From: Perna viridis
Lineage: Eukaryota
Assembly: GCA_037379345.1 (NCBI GenBank)
Contig: CM074512.1
Location: forward strand, 58,859,597-58,923,596
Direction of reading: 5' to 3'
DNA: 64,000 nucleotides
A program made the translations under genes and the position numbers. How positions within the stretch are numbered: the first letter of the stretch is position 1; every line of letters starts with the position of its first letter. A model generated the notes under the pieces. That model was not told the DNA's origin and did no database searches. It saw only the letters and a program-made list of their open reading frames with translations. Below, piece by piece: positions 1-13,100 of the stretch.

Positions 1-139
1 ATTACCTTTTTCTTTGTGCAGGTAATTTTGGCTGTTTCATATTCTTTGTTATGTGTGTCTATTTTCCCTGTCTAGTCTTTATTCTTGGAATATATTCTTT
101 AGATTATGGCTTGAATCTTGGTTCCCTTGATTGCTCTTG
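1..139 (+). repeat. Solo 3'-end fragment related to the Penelope-like element tail
   Basis: Aligns by eye with the reverse complement of 4649-4790 and ends in cttggttcccttgattgctctt; further copies at ~21150-21170 and ~50085-50160. Confidence 0.65.
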
Positions 140-149
140 CCCATAGAAA

Positions 150-940
150 CTTGGATTTTAATCAATAACTTAGGTATGAATTAGTTGTTTGATCTTTATA
201 AAACTTTATAACACGGTTCCAAACCATAAAGGGAAGGTGGTTACCTTCATAGAGTTTAATTATATATCTTCATAAAAGCATGTGGAAATGTATGATATTG
301 TTCCACAATATTCTATACCTCAAAGGTCAGCCCTGGATTTAATTTTTAGGGTTAAGACTTAAACTGTTTAGAAATGAGTGGCCAGAAACAAGCATTGTCC
401 TGTTCTCCAGACAATAACTTGACTATTTATGATTGGATCTCTTTAGAATTGTAGCCATATGAAGTTTGGGATAAATTTTAGTGGTTATGACTTGAACCAA
501 TCAGGAATTAGTAGCCAAAAAGGGGCCAGAAACAACTTTTTCCTTATTTCCTGACAATGACTTGAGTAAAAGTTAATGAAAGTATTAAATTGTACTACAA
601 GGTGCCAAACCACAGAGGAAACTTGGGTTAATTAAAAGCCAATTCACAAAGGGACCAGAAAACAAGCATGTTTCCAAAGTTTTGGTTATACTTGAGTAAA
701 AGGAAAATGATCTCTTTGAAATTGTACCAGAAAGTGTCACATCACCAAGAAAGATTTAGGATTTAGGGGCCAAAAAGGGACCACTTTGATTCTGATCAAA
801 TTTTTATCCTGTTTCAAATTTCTAAATGCTATTAGAATTTAAAGCTGTGTCAAGTTTAAATGATGTGTTCATACTGTTCCTTAGTGTTAAGGTTTGACCT
901 CTGGGGTTGTATCAAGCTGTATCCTGTGAAGCATTTTATT
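150..940 (-). mobile_element. Dispersed non-autonomous repeat (Helentron/HINE-like) with degenerate internal subrepeats
   Basis: 840-940 is the reverse complement of the start of the copies at ~41920 and ~44850 (e.g. aaagctgtgtcaagttt vs aagcttgatacagcttt); recurring gggccaaaaa/ccagaaaca blocks; boundaries approximate. Confidence 0.5.
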
Positions 941-1123
941 AACGTACAGTTGAAAAATTCTTCTGTACAACTGAAACCTTTCTGACTACAAAAAACTGAG
1001 TTCATCATTTAACATAAGAAGAAACTAAAAGTTAATCTTCAGTAGATGTAGTAGTTCTTTCACAGCACATGTATTGAAAAGTCATTGAAATAGATTATGG
1101 CATTTGTAAAATCTTGTTTACAG

Positions 1124-1174
1124 ACCCCTGTCTTTTTCCATCAACAATAAGTACTTCAGCTGCCACATCGCCAG
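1124..1174 (+). CDS. Receptor exon, Ser/Thr-rich stalk (17 codons)
   Basis: ttgtttacag|ACCCCTGT...CGCCAG|gtaggt; 51 nt, phase 1-1. Confidence 0.55.
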
Positions 1175-4100
1175 GTAGGTGGTTATCTCCCTTTGTTAAG
1201 CACCAGTACACAGCTGTAAAGGTATACACATATACACTGTATATTATCATAGTAATTAGACATATGCCTACAATACATATACCTCCAGTTATTATTACTG
1301 TACTCATTTCCAAATACATGGTCATCAGTAATTAGCAAAATGTGTTGGTCAATGACCAGCATTTTTAACCGTTTCCGGAGCCTTGATGTCCACGTGTATT
1401 TGGTATTAAAGAGTCCAACATCTTACAAAGATATCTTTAACACAAAATTTTCAAATTTTCTATCTTACACATTAAATAATACGAGTACTATTCTCTTTAG
1501 TGATACATGATCCTTGTATCTTATTAAAGGAACAAAAGTGTAAGGTGCTGTAATTCTTTTATTATGCTTTATTAAAAACTGAGTATTTTTGTCTCTCCTC
1601 TCATGTGAAGTTAAGAAAAATCTATCTTTGTTTATAAGCAGATTATTTGCCGTAAGGTCGCCAAAATGAGTCAGTGAACCTTTTAGGTTTCATTTCATGT
1701 GATGAGAGTTTTCACCAGCCAGACACCCAGACTATGACAAACTTTACAGTTAAATCATTTTGAAATATTAAGTTAGGTCAAAGTTTTATTTTAAATCACA
1801 AGATACCTATTTATCATTGTAGTAACAAAAATATCATTTTGTAAAGGGAGGATGAACATAAGTTGTATCTTTATCCAATTTGAAGCAAAACTGCTGTTTA
1901 GTCATGCAATGAAAACTGTTATTTCAATTTATTGTTGGGTTGATAAATTTTATGACAAGCAAACATGAGTTTTATTTTGACATTATTAATTTGCTTAGGG
2001 AAATGACATGGTCCATGTACTTTTTATTAGAAGTTTTTTTTTATAATTTTTTATTTTTTTCCAAAATTTTCAACATACAATATACATACAATACATTACA
2101 CAATTATACATCATAATCATCTTTTAACACAATATGTATATATAAATGTTCAAAAATTGGTGTTTTTCAATTTATAGAAAAAGAATGAGCTACAGAAAGA
2201 TAAAAAAGGAGCTAGGGATAGCATATAGAAAAGATTTAGAAAAGAAGAGAAAAAAAAAAAATTAAATGAATAAGTTGTTGTCCTGTTTACAATATTGACA
2301 CAATTATGTTAAAACATTTTGGAATTGTTGCCATTTCTTGTTAAATAGTTCAACTCTTTTGTTTTTTACAGATAACATTTTTTCTATTTTATACATGTAT
2401 TTAAGTTTTTCTTTCAGAGCAGTTAAAGATAACATTTGTTTAAAACAGCGTGTGTTATAAATATATTGTTTGATATTTAAAATTATAATATTATATGGTT
2501 CTCCCTTGGAAGTATATGATGTGTTTCCAAAAATGAAATTTAACTTAGTTAATGGTATGCTTATGCCATGTATCAAAAACCAATTATCAATTTCACTAAT
2601 AACATTTTGTACAAACTCACAATTCCAAAATAAATGCTCAATAGTTTCTGGTTCTACATTGCAGAATGTACAAGCAGAATCATTGATAACATTTATTTTA
2701 AATAAAAATTTGTTTGTGGCTATTATACGATGGTTTATTCTGTATTGTAACCATTGCAATTTCGTATTATTTGTGACTGTAAATGGTAGCACAAAAATCT
2801 TTTTCCAATTCAAAGAATCGTTATCAAGTACTTCAGTCCACTTAAGTTGTCCTTTTGGAGTAGAATCATTTTGGTTTAGTACTTTATACATATCTCTTGA
2901 GCCCTTTTTGCTTCTTAAAATAGTTTGCAAAAAAGATGGAATAAATGGACGCTGTAATTTACAGTTTCCTACATAGAAAGCTTTAGCAGCATGTTTTACT
3001 GCCGACATTATACTATTATACTTCATAAAATTAATATTGATTCCATATTTGTGTTGTAACTGTTCCAAAGAAAGATATGATCCATCATCATTTATTAAAT
3101 CATTTATATAATGAACACCATTGACAAACCAATCTTTGTAAAAAACAGTTTCACCACCAATCTTAATTAATTTATTATACCAAACTGGATTGGCAAGAAA
3201 GAACTCCCAATCTACATGTTTTTCTTTCTCCAAGACCATTGCCCAGGAATTTAGAACATCTTTCCAAAATTTATTTTTTAAGTTTTTTTGAACATTTTGT
3301 ACATATCCATCCCCACAATTAAACAGTTTTTCAGAATCTAAAGATGACATAAAGATACTTAGCCACTTTGAATTATTTTGAAAAGCTCGTCTTATCCAAG
3401 TAGTTTTTAAAGCTGTAATGAATGAAAACAGATTAATCATTTTAAGACCCCCATCTTGATACTCTTTTTGCAACACATCTTTCTTTACTCTACTGATAGG
3501 AGAATTCCATATGAATGTAAAAATCATGTCATTAATTTTTTTGATAATATCGCTGCTTGGGTTAGGTAATGAAATAATAAGATGATTTAACACAGGCAAT
3601 ATAAGTGTTTTTACAACTGTTATTTTACCAATGACTGTAAGGTTTCTTTTTGACCATTGATTTATTAAGTTTTTAATTTGTACAAGTCTTTCGTCATAGT
3701 TCAGTTTAATCATTCTATCTAGATCAACATCAAAATTCAGACCAAGGAGCTTAAATGATGTTTCCCCCCAAGTAAGATTCTTGTTTTTGCACAAGATATC
3801 TTCACAATATCTTTTACTTCCAATCCAAATTACTTGGGTTTTGGAGAAATTAATATTCAAACCTGAGATTCCAGCAAACCAATCTAATTCTAACAATGAT
3901 TCTTGTAAAGATTTTTCAGTTCCGTCTAAAATTAATGAAGTGTCATCTGCGAATTGTGACAGTTTATGTTCAATTTGTGTAATGTGAAGTCCATTAATGC
4001 TTTTTATTAGAAGTTATTTGAGCATGATGACCAAGTCATGTGCAGTCAAGATCTGTCAAATACTGACAGGTTCCACAAGGAAAGATTGATTCATTGGAAG

Positions 4101-7100
4101 AAAAGTTATTTATAGATAAGAGAAAAATGAACTTTGAATTAAATCATTGTTCCTATTCTATCTGTACCCATCAGTCTGAACTGAACTTTAGTTTTGTGGA
4201 AAATTAGTGAGGACATTTCTTTTTATTACAAATAGACTGTAAAACAATTCAGACATGCTTACCCCTCAGGAGCACCACATGTCACTCCGGTTTTTATAGC
4301 TCATCTGGCCATAGGCCATGTGAGCTATTGCCATCACGTCTGTCATCGTCAGTTGTCCTCATTAACAATTTTTCAAAACCTTCTACTCTGAAACTACTGG
4401 ACCAAAAAGAAACCAATTTGGTTTGAATGTTCCCTGGGGTATCCTGCGTAGAACTGGTGTGGGGATTTTTGATCCGTCAAAAAACATGGCTGCCATTACT
4501 AAAAATAGAACATAGGGGTTATAGAGTAGTTTTTGGTATATATCTCCAGAACAGTTAGGTTTAGCCAAATTCTGACTTGGGGGTAATAGTGTTTAACATG
4601 ATAATCTATCTGTGGTTAAATTTTCATTTTAATCTGGTAAGCCATGTTGAAGAGTAATCAAGGGAACCAAGGCCATAGTGGCAATCAAAAGAATGTAATC
4701 CAGGGACAAAGACCAGACATGGAAAACAGACATTCACAACAAAGAACATAAAGTAACTAAAATCATACATACAAAGTATCAAAAGTAAATGAGCAACTCA
4801 GACTCCACTAAAAACTGGGAGCATGGACCAGGTGCACCGGTAGGGTAAGAGTCCTCTGCTTTTCTAGAAACACCCGCCGAGTTGCTCATAAAAAGTCAAG
4901 TCCGGGGTAGACAAACGAGGAAAGGAAAACCATGACCCGTTGAATACATCAGTTTTCATGATTCTGATGGATACACCATAACGATCCACGAGTTCATTAT
5001 GATGACCATAAAACTTCTGTAGTGATGACTTCAATCTTGTAGCAACATAACCCTGTTCCAGAAGCCTATTTGTTAGAGTTCTAGCGCGATACAAAAAGTC
5101 TGCATAGTTTCGGCAAGCTCTGGCATAACATATGAGTTGTGATATGAACACTCCATACGCAGGAGCCGAAGGGATGTTGCCACAGATGAAAGGAAAGTTA
5201 ACAATTCTGAATGAAAAGTCATCACGTTTGTTGTAAAGTTTGGTCAATAGTTTTCCTTTACCATTGATTTCTAAGTGTAGGTCAAGATATGAGGCTGACC
5301 TCACAGTGTCTGTAGTATCCTTTATCTCAAGTTCTTTTGGGTAGATGCGATGTATCAAATCCCCCAAATTAGGATTGTTTAAAGATAATACGTCATCTAT
5401 ATAGCGGAAACTGAGATTGAAGGATCTAGCCAAACAATATTCTTTCTTTCTGATCAGATCAGCTATAAAGTCAGCCTCATAAGAGTGAAGGAATAGGTCA
5501 GCAAGTAAAGGAGCACAATTTGTTCCCATTGGAATGCCGACTGTTTGTTGAAAAACACGTCCACCACACTGGACAAATATGTTGTCGATTAAAAATTCCA
5601 GCATTTTGTAAACATCTTCCTCTGTATATTTGGAAGATGATTTGGAATTATTTCTTACAAAGTATGAGGAATCTCTACCAAGAACTATATATTTGTATCT
5701 AGGTGTACCATCTTTTTTGGAAAAACAACGATGTATAATGTTTTTAAGTCGGGATTTTAACTGAGTATGGAGAATAGAAGTATACAGTGTTGAAAAATCA
5801 TAGGTTTTAATGCTATTATATTCAGATAATAGTCTTGAACTGATTGTCTCCAAAAGATCTTTCGAATTTTTCAGGATCCACATTGAATTAATACCACTAC
5901 GGGAGTAACAAGTGTTGTGGTAGGACTGTAGACCCTCTTTGACAGTTGTGAGTATAGAAGTTAAAAGTTTTGAAAGAGGTTTGGTGGTACATTTTGCAGA
6001 TCCAGCTATGAAACATTGTTTGTATGGATTCTTGTGAAGTTTAGGAATCCAGTACATAGACGGTAAATCACGATCACCGTCCTTGGCAGAGAGACTAAAA
6101 GACGATAGCACAGATTTATGGTTTTCCACAATCTCTTCTTTGGAGAGAGTGGTAGCAGTGTAGGTCATATCACTGCTATTATTTTCTACGTCTGCCTCTG
6201 ATAATAAATATTGGATATAAAACGTTTTGCAGACAAAAACAATGTTATTGCCCTTTTTCAAGGTTTTTTTTATGCTATTTTTAATGTTATTTCTTTTAAA
6301 AATCTTCTCCTCTGACACTACTCGACCAATTGGAACCAAACTTGGTATGAATGTCTTTTGGGGTATTGTGCATAGAACTGATATGGGGATTTTTGATCTG
6401 TCTAAAAACATGGCTAAAAATAGAGGTCAGACAGTAGTTTTTCACATATATCTCCAAAACCGTTAGGTTTCTCAAAATTATTTCTGCAGCTGAGATGACC
6501 ATAATGATAATCCTACATTGTGAATGCAGGTTGTCTTTGTTTCCAGTTTTCACTTACATGTACTTGGACCTTGACATATTCAAATTGTCCCATTCTTGAC
6601 GCTTCGGGATTGTATTGCCAATTTATTTTGCCCACAGTGTTTTAATCTAATATATTTTATTTACTCAGTAAGGTTGCTCGTTAGTTCATTTTACCATCTG
6701 TTTTCAGTAATGTAAAGAAGGATGTTCTCTTTCCTAAGTCTTCCTGCTAAGCCTTGATTTATTGTGGAATAACAATGGTATTTTCCAGTTCTGTTCAAAT
6801 AAATCCTTATCCCTTAGACTTTGTAATCCAAACTGATTAATCAAAACTTAATCCTTTAAGGGAAACTATACATGTTGATATATATGAGATATATATGAAG
6901 GATGACATTGATCATCAAAGGTTTATCTTTATTCAGGATGGTAATGGGACATCATTCAAATTTTTATAAGAAAGATAAATGAAAAGTACTTAAAATTGCT
7001 AATGTGAAATGGGTATATCAAAGACAGTAAATTTTGGGGAAAAAACATGTTCAAGAACATGTAAATTGACAAGGATGAATATCAAGAATGATTAAAAAAA

Positions 7101-10100
7101 AAATACCGGTACACGCAGAGATGAAAAGCATAAACCTCTATAAAAAGGGGGATTGATCTCAGGTGCTCAGGAAGGGAGGGCAGTTCCTGCATCTTGCAAG
7201 ACACTTGCCATGCTGTCTGATGATGGTCATATCATGTAAAGATTAGAGGAAGACAATATACATGTATGAGAAATTTACTTCATTCAATAAAATGTTTTTA
7301 AAAAGATCTATTGACAAGCAGTCATAATGTTTTTTTTTTCTAACCTTACAAAGGAGCCAAGTTTGCATTATCTTAGTAGTTATAATTTAATAAGATAATG
7401 TAATATGTTAGTGTTTAAGATAAAACCAGCTGCAGAAATATACCCAGTGGCCAGGATAAACAAATACATACTGAGATGCCAAACTTTTATCCTTTAATCA
7501 ACCATTAGATTAATTTAACATTGAAGCTTTTCTAGTGTGAAGTAGGATTATCTCTCTGGAAAAGTCTTGGCTGATTAATCTAATTAAGCTGAACATTCAT
7601 TACCACATGTGAAAAAGTAATGGAAGTAAAATATGAGTTCAACTCTCAGTGGTACAGATGTATACTTGTTTGATCATCATACTTCATTTTCAAAAATATA
7701 GATCTTTATTTTTAATATGGTAATAGTATTTGGTGACTCTTTTATACGATAAAATATGATTTTTGCCCTGAAAATAGGAAAACTGCAGCCTTGATTAAGA
7801 AAGACAAATCTGTTATTTTATTTGAATGCTCATACAGTTTAAAAGATATTTTATACAATTATGGCATCTTAATTAAGTACTTTTTGTATTACAATTGTTG
7901 TACTGATTGATGATCTATATTGTTTACTATGAGACTAGTATTACCTAGAATGGTCTCAAAGGAGCCTGCTCATTAGGGAAGTCTGAGAAAATTCACCTGT
8001 CTGAAACTCCCTTTTTTCTCACCTTACAGTATTTTGGGAGACCTACAATATATTAATTCTTTCATTTTTATTTTACTATTTTTGGAGCTTGTATGAAAGA
8101 TTTTTTTTTCATTTTTTACTTGTCATATATTTTGCAGATATTTTTACGCTGGTTTTATACAATATAAATCACTCATCATCGATTACTTTCCATATACATG
8201 GTTTTACTTGTAAAGAATTTCCATTTAAATTCTCAGGCATGATCACATATTGCTTTTCTTCCAGAACTCTTGTCTACAACCAGTGAAAAAATCAAGCTAG
8301 TTACTTCTACGTTTACTTCATTGATTACTGGAGTCTCTCTGGATTTTACCACCTCTACTGACAATTCTATTCTGAATGTCACCAAATCTACTCAATTTCT
8401 TCTTAGTAAGGCAGGAATGTTGGAATGGTCTTTTTGTTTCAACTAATGACTAATATCTTCTTTCATATAAATGCTGCTTTCTACTATAACATGTTTTCAT
8501 CATTCATGAGTTTTATTTAAGTCCATTCAAGTGAAGTTTTCCACAAGTTACTTACTTCTTAAGTAAAAGTCTGAATTTGACAGTCTTTGAATTTTACCAC
8601 AAACTTAACAAGCCATGGCAAAAAAATTATAGGCTTGTGAGTTTTGCCTGAAATGAGGATCAACAGGCAACATAAAACAAGATTTCCAAGTTTAATATTT
8701 TCTAGCAGTGTTCGATTCTTTTACTCATTTCTAAAGTTAGTTTTATGATAGGTATGCAAATTTAGAACACTCTGCTTGCCCAAATTCCTTTGTTTTTAGA
8801 GGATACCATGTAACTTTTTATTGGGACATCACAAATATGACACATTTTATATCTCACCTGGCTAAAAAAGGAATATCTTTTTCTCTTTAGTGAGAAAATA
8901 GTGTCTTGTAAACAAAAATTGAAAATTTCAGAACTTGAGTTTTTTCACAATCAGTTACTATACTACCCTTCCTTGTAGTTAAATCATTTAATCACTTCAT
9001 TGAAACTTTCTGGAAATATTTTAGTTCAGTAAAAAAAAACAATTATTAAGCATCAAACTTGTTAATAGCAGTGAGCAGCATATAACATATGGGGTTTTAA
9101 TCTAACATCATCAGCACAACCAGATTTCATCACTATGTCTAATCAAAAGTAATTCTTATGTAATTAACAGTGTTTTCTTTGGACATGGCTGTAGACTTTT
9201 TTGCATGACTAACATGTTTTTTTTTTTTTTTTGGTTTTTAGAATTTCAGGATTTTGTTGATTAAAGACCAACAATCCTTGAAGCTGCTATTTTTTTTTAA
9301 TTTGCACACTTTTATTTATAACCAAACTAATTTCTTCTTTGATTATGGCTGAAATATTGAGTACATTTTATATATGTATTTTTCATGTTTACTACAGGGC
9401 TTTGTTAAGTGAATGTTTTCAGTTTTTTAATTTTATTTTTCATGAACCAATCCACCCTAGTGAACATTACTTTAACAAATCTTGTTACTCATGCACTTAC
9501 ATATAGGAGAAATAATTGAAACATATAAGATAAATGTTTAGTTGAGAATCTTGATTTATTATTAATGTTTTATACAATTGTTCCTCTTACTACTTAGTAT
9601 GTCTATTTTGAACATTTGCCACTTTTTTTTTTAAATAAAAACATTTCATGAAATAATAAAATGGTTATTCAGAGTGCATTCTTTCATTTTTTTCTCAAAA
9701 TGTTAACTTAAGATTTCAATAATTGATCCTCAAACTCAAATTTCTGTCAATTTAATATTTTTCATTACAGATGCTGGCTTCCCTGCATGGTTGATAGGTG
9801 TCATTGCTGTAGTTGTTATTGCTATCATCATCATCATCGTGGTTGTTATTACCTGTATTGTGAGGTCCACAAAGGGAGAAAGGTGGGTTGTATTTACACG
9901 GTTTACTTGTTCTTGTTCAGATTCCAATATACAGGATTGAGAGGAGAAAGATGAATGAACTTTTGTGATTGAAACTAGTAAAATGATAAGGTTGCCCATA
10001 AGCATAAAATGTAAGACTCATAATAAGAATATGTAGTACTTGATGAAAAATGATAGTTCTGGTAAAAAAATCACTAGTTTGCTCTTCAATGTAGGATGAA

Positions 10101-13100
10101 TACAAATTTTGAACACAGGAATTTACATGTTGAAATTCAACATTGCCTAACAGTTCAGGGGTAGTTTAAGAGTTGATGCCACCCCATAAAAGGTTTGTCA
10201 AAAAAATTAGCAGTGTACCAAGATTGCCATAACAGTAGTCTGATCATTTTAAACCTTCAAATCCACTAAAAAGATTTTTAAAGATAGCATTCCTTTGAAG
10301 GTTGTTGCTGGAACTGCTATTGCTTTGGTAAGAAATATGATCTTTTGAGTTTATCATGAATAAAGGCAAGAAAAAAATAATTTTAGTCAAACATTGTCTA
10401 GTTCTGGCTTTCCTTGAAACATTCAGAAATGATTCAACTGGGAAACATCTTTTTTCATCAATTTTATAGCATTAAATACCAGTCAAGTCTAGTTTCAGAA
10501 ATTGTAATTATATAATGAGAATAGCTATGGTGAATATGTCAAAGAGACAACAACTTCACCAGGAAGAAAATGTCGCCCCAAGGCCACCCATTGGTCTTAA
10601 ATGAGCCACAAGGAAACCCTCACACCAGAGGTCAGACTGCAGTTGGCCCCAAAACATCAATATACACAGTTACAGCAAAAGAGTTGCCCCAATGTACTCA
10701 AGTAACATATAAATAAACTTAAAGTGAAAACCAAACAAGATTTACAAAGGCCAGAAATTCCTGACTTAGGACAGGTGCAAAAAATGTGGTGGGGTTAAAG
10801 TACTTGGCATAGTCATGTTTACTTTCTCTGTGAAATCATGGAATAAACAAGTCGAAAATTAGATAGAAATAATTGCATGCTCTCTCTTTCCGAGGATTAG
10901 TCATTGCACTGGGTTTACAGGGAATGTCTGATTAAAAGGAAATTATTTACTCTTTGCTAAATAGAAATAGGGAATTGAATGAACATTACAATTATAAACT
11001 GTCACTGTATTGGAATTGTTGTGATTGTAGATATTTATCCAATATAAGGAAAGTCATTTCCAATTTCATCCAATTCATGTCTGACCAAAGGTAATGATTA
11101 CTGCCATCTGTTGTTTGTCGTAGAGTTTGTCATGTTGGGTTTGGTCTTAGAACATTTATTAGTTTTATAGAATTTAATGTATTAGACATGGTTGATGTAC
11201 TGAGTATATCAGAATGTATTATATAGATGTTAGTTTTGTATCATTAACAGCATGGTAAGAGTGCTTTTATAAAAATTATGTAATATGAAAAATTTACATG
11301 AATATCATTTCATTATCAAAAAACAACAGTTGTTTATTCAAATCATATGGCATTCTGTCAAATTTTCAGTAGAGTGAATTTTCTTACATTTGACCATGAT
11401 TTTTTTTAGTTTTTATGAAAATTTCAGTTATCTGGCAACTGTGAGACGTAAACTCTTCGAACTCACATAGATAGGAATGTTTTAAAGTTTCACCAGAAAG
11501 ATTTGTCTCTCAATAGGCCAGGGTAAGAAGGATTCACAATGGGAGGAAACCTTAATTCTGTACTTAACCCATCTTAACCTTACAATAATTATCTCAACAA
11601 TATATGGAAGGGAAATTATAATGTAAACCCTCACATATAAGTATTTACACATAGTTAGAGATTAATAAATGCCATACAAGGAGGCTATTAAATTGTCCTT
11701 AAAGCCTAATGGGGCTGGACATCGTGTCCACCTGTCACATCAAAATAAAATAACTGACAAAACATGGAGATTTAATCGTACATAGACATAGCATGGCAAT
11801 GTAAAGGTCTTATTTGTGTTTATTGAAGTTTTGATCATTTGTGTTCATTATTTATTTTTAAACCAATAAGAGATTGATATAATTAGTCAGATATACCCTG
11901 GAAACAACTTATGTATTATGTTTGTTCTTTCAATTTGCACCAAAACTGTGATTCTGTGACATTACTGTTTATTTAAGTTATTCAGCATCAAATATTTCAG
12001 TGAATAGACTACTGTATTTCTTCACTGATTTTTTTATTTTGTCTGAAAGTTCCAAAGTATTGCTCCTACTTAAAAAGCATGCAAAAGTATTCTCTGTATT
12101 GTTAAAGTCGCTTTGTCAGGCCATGAGGTATTAATCTGTTGAAGATTATTTTTTAGGTGTTTAAATTTGGCAGGATTGATACTTGTACTCAAAATTTCAT
12201 GGTACATGTATGTTCAACTTAATACTTCTGGTTCAAAACTATGTCTGTTGATTTTACTACAGATTCTGAAGCAGAATTGCATCTGTTAAAAAGATTAAAA
12301 CTTCCATGTTTGACCATGATTCTTAGTTGGAGTGATAGACAGTATCACTTAGTTACAGTCAGACCTATAAAAATATAACTGTCTCATATAATGGCAGCAT
12401 TCTTTGGTTTTATTTGTTAGTGTATGATATAAGTAATTTTTCTTTTAATTTTTAAATTATGTGAACTACCCTATTAAATTCTTCACATTGCTTGAAGTTT
12501 TGAAATATTTTAACAGACTTATTAAAAGTAGTGCACATTATATATGATACAGATGTAGGCTCTGTATATGTTAGATGTGTCTCTTATGCAGTGTCACTAA
12601 TTAGTTACATAATAGTTTTGGTATTGACAACATATGTATGCTACTAAATTAACTATGGAAAAGTATGTTAGTTACCTATATATGAAGCACTTGTATAACC
12701 ATTAGCTAACTTTTGTATTAAATATTTATAATGAGACTGCACTTCTATGTTGAGTATTGTAATTTGCTGTTTGATATTGTATGATCATATATACCACAGA
12801 ATGTATAGGGTTTTTTTTTCTTCACAAAAGTGTATCTTTTATTGTCTTGTAAATTTTTATCATTATTTTTACATAAAATGCTGTAATATTTTCTTTATGA
12901 AAAAGATTAAAACAGGGAGTGTGCTGGCAAATCATAATTTTTTTCACTAAAATGTTATATACTTTCATCAAATTGAACTTTGTTATTCAGTGTAATTTCT
13001 GCATGATGTCAGCAAAACATATACAGAAGCATTAAAAATACAGTCCTGCTTTCCTTGTGAATGTTATAGAATGTTATTTAACCAGAGTCATTTATTGCTA

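Noticed and set aside
4864-6250. Selenoprotein-type Naiad (UGA recoding), or a bacterial retron/group II intron RT
   Set aside because: No in-frame TGA in the fragment and the stop is TAG; motifs and context are Penelope-like and eukaryotic
6251-6411. N-terminus of the 515-aa ORF as a novel RT fusion domain
   Set aside because: It is the antisense of a non-coding repeat also found at 4370-4570; a chance in-frame join
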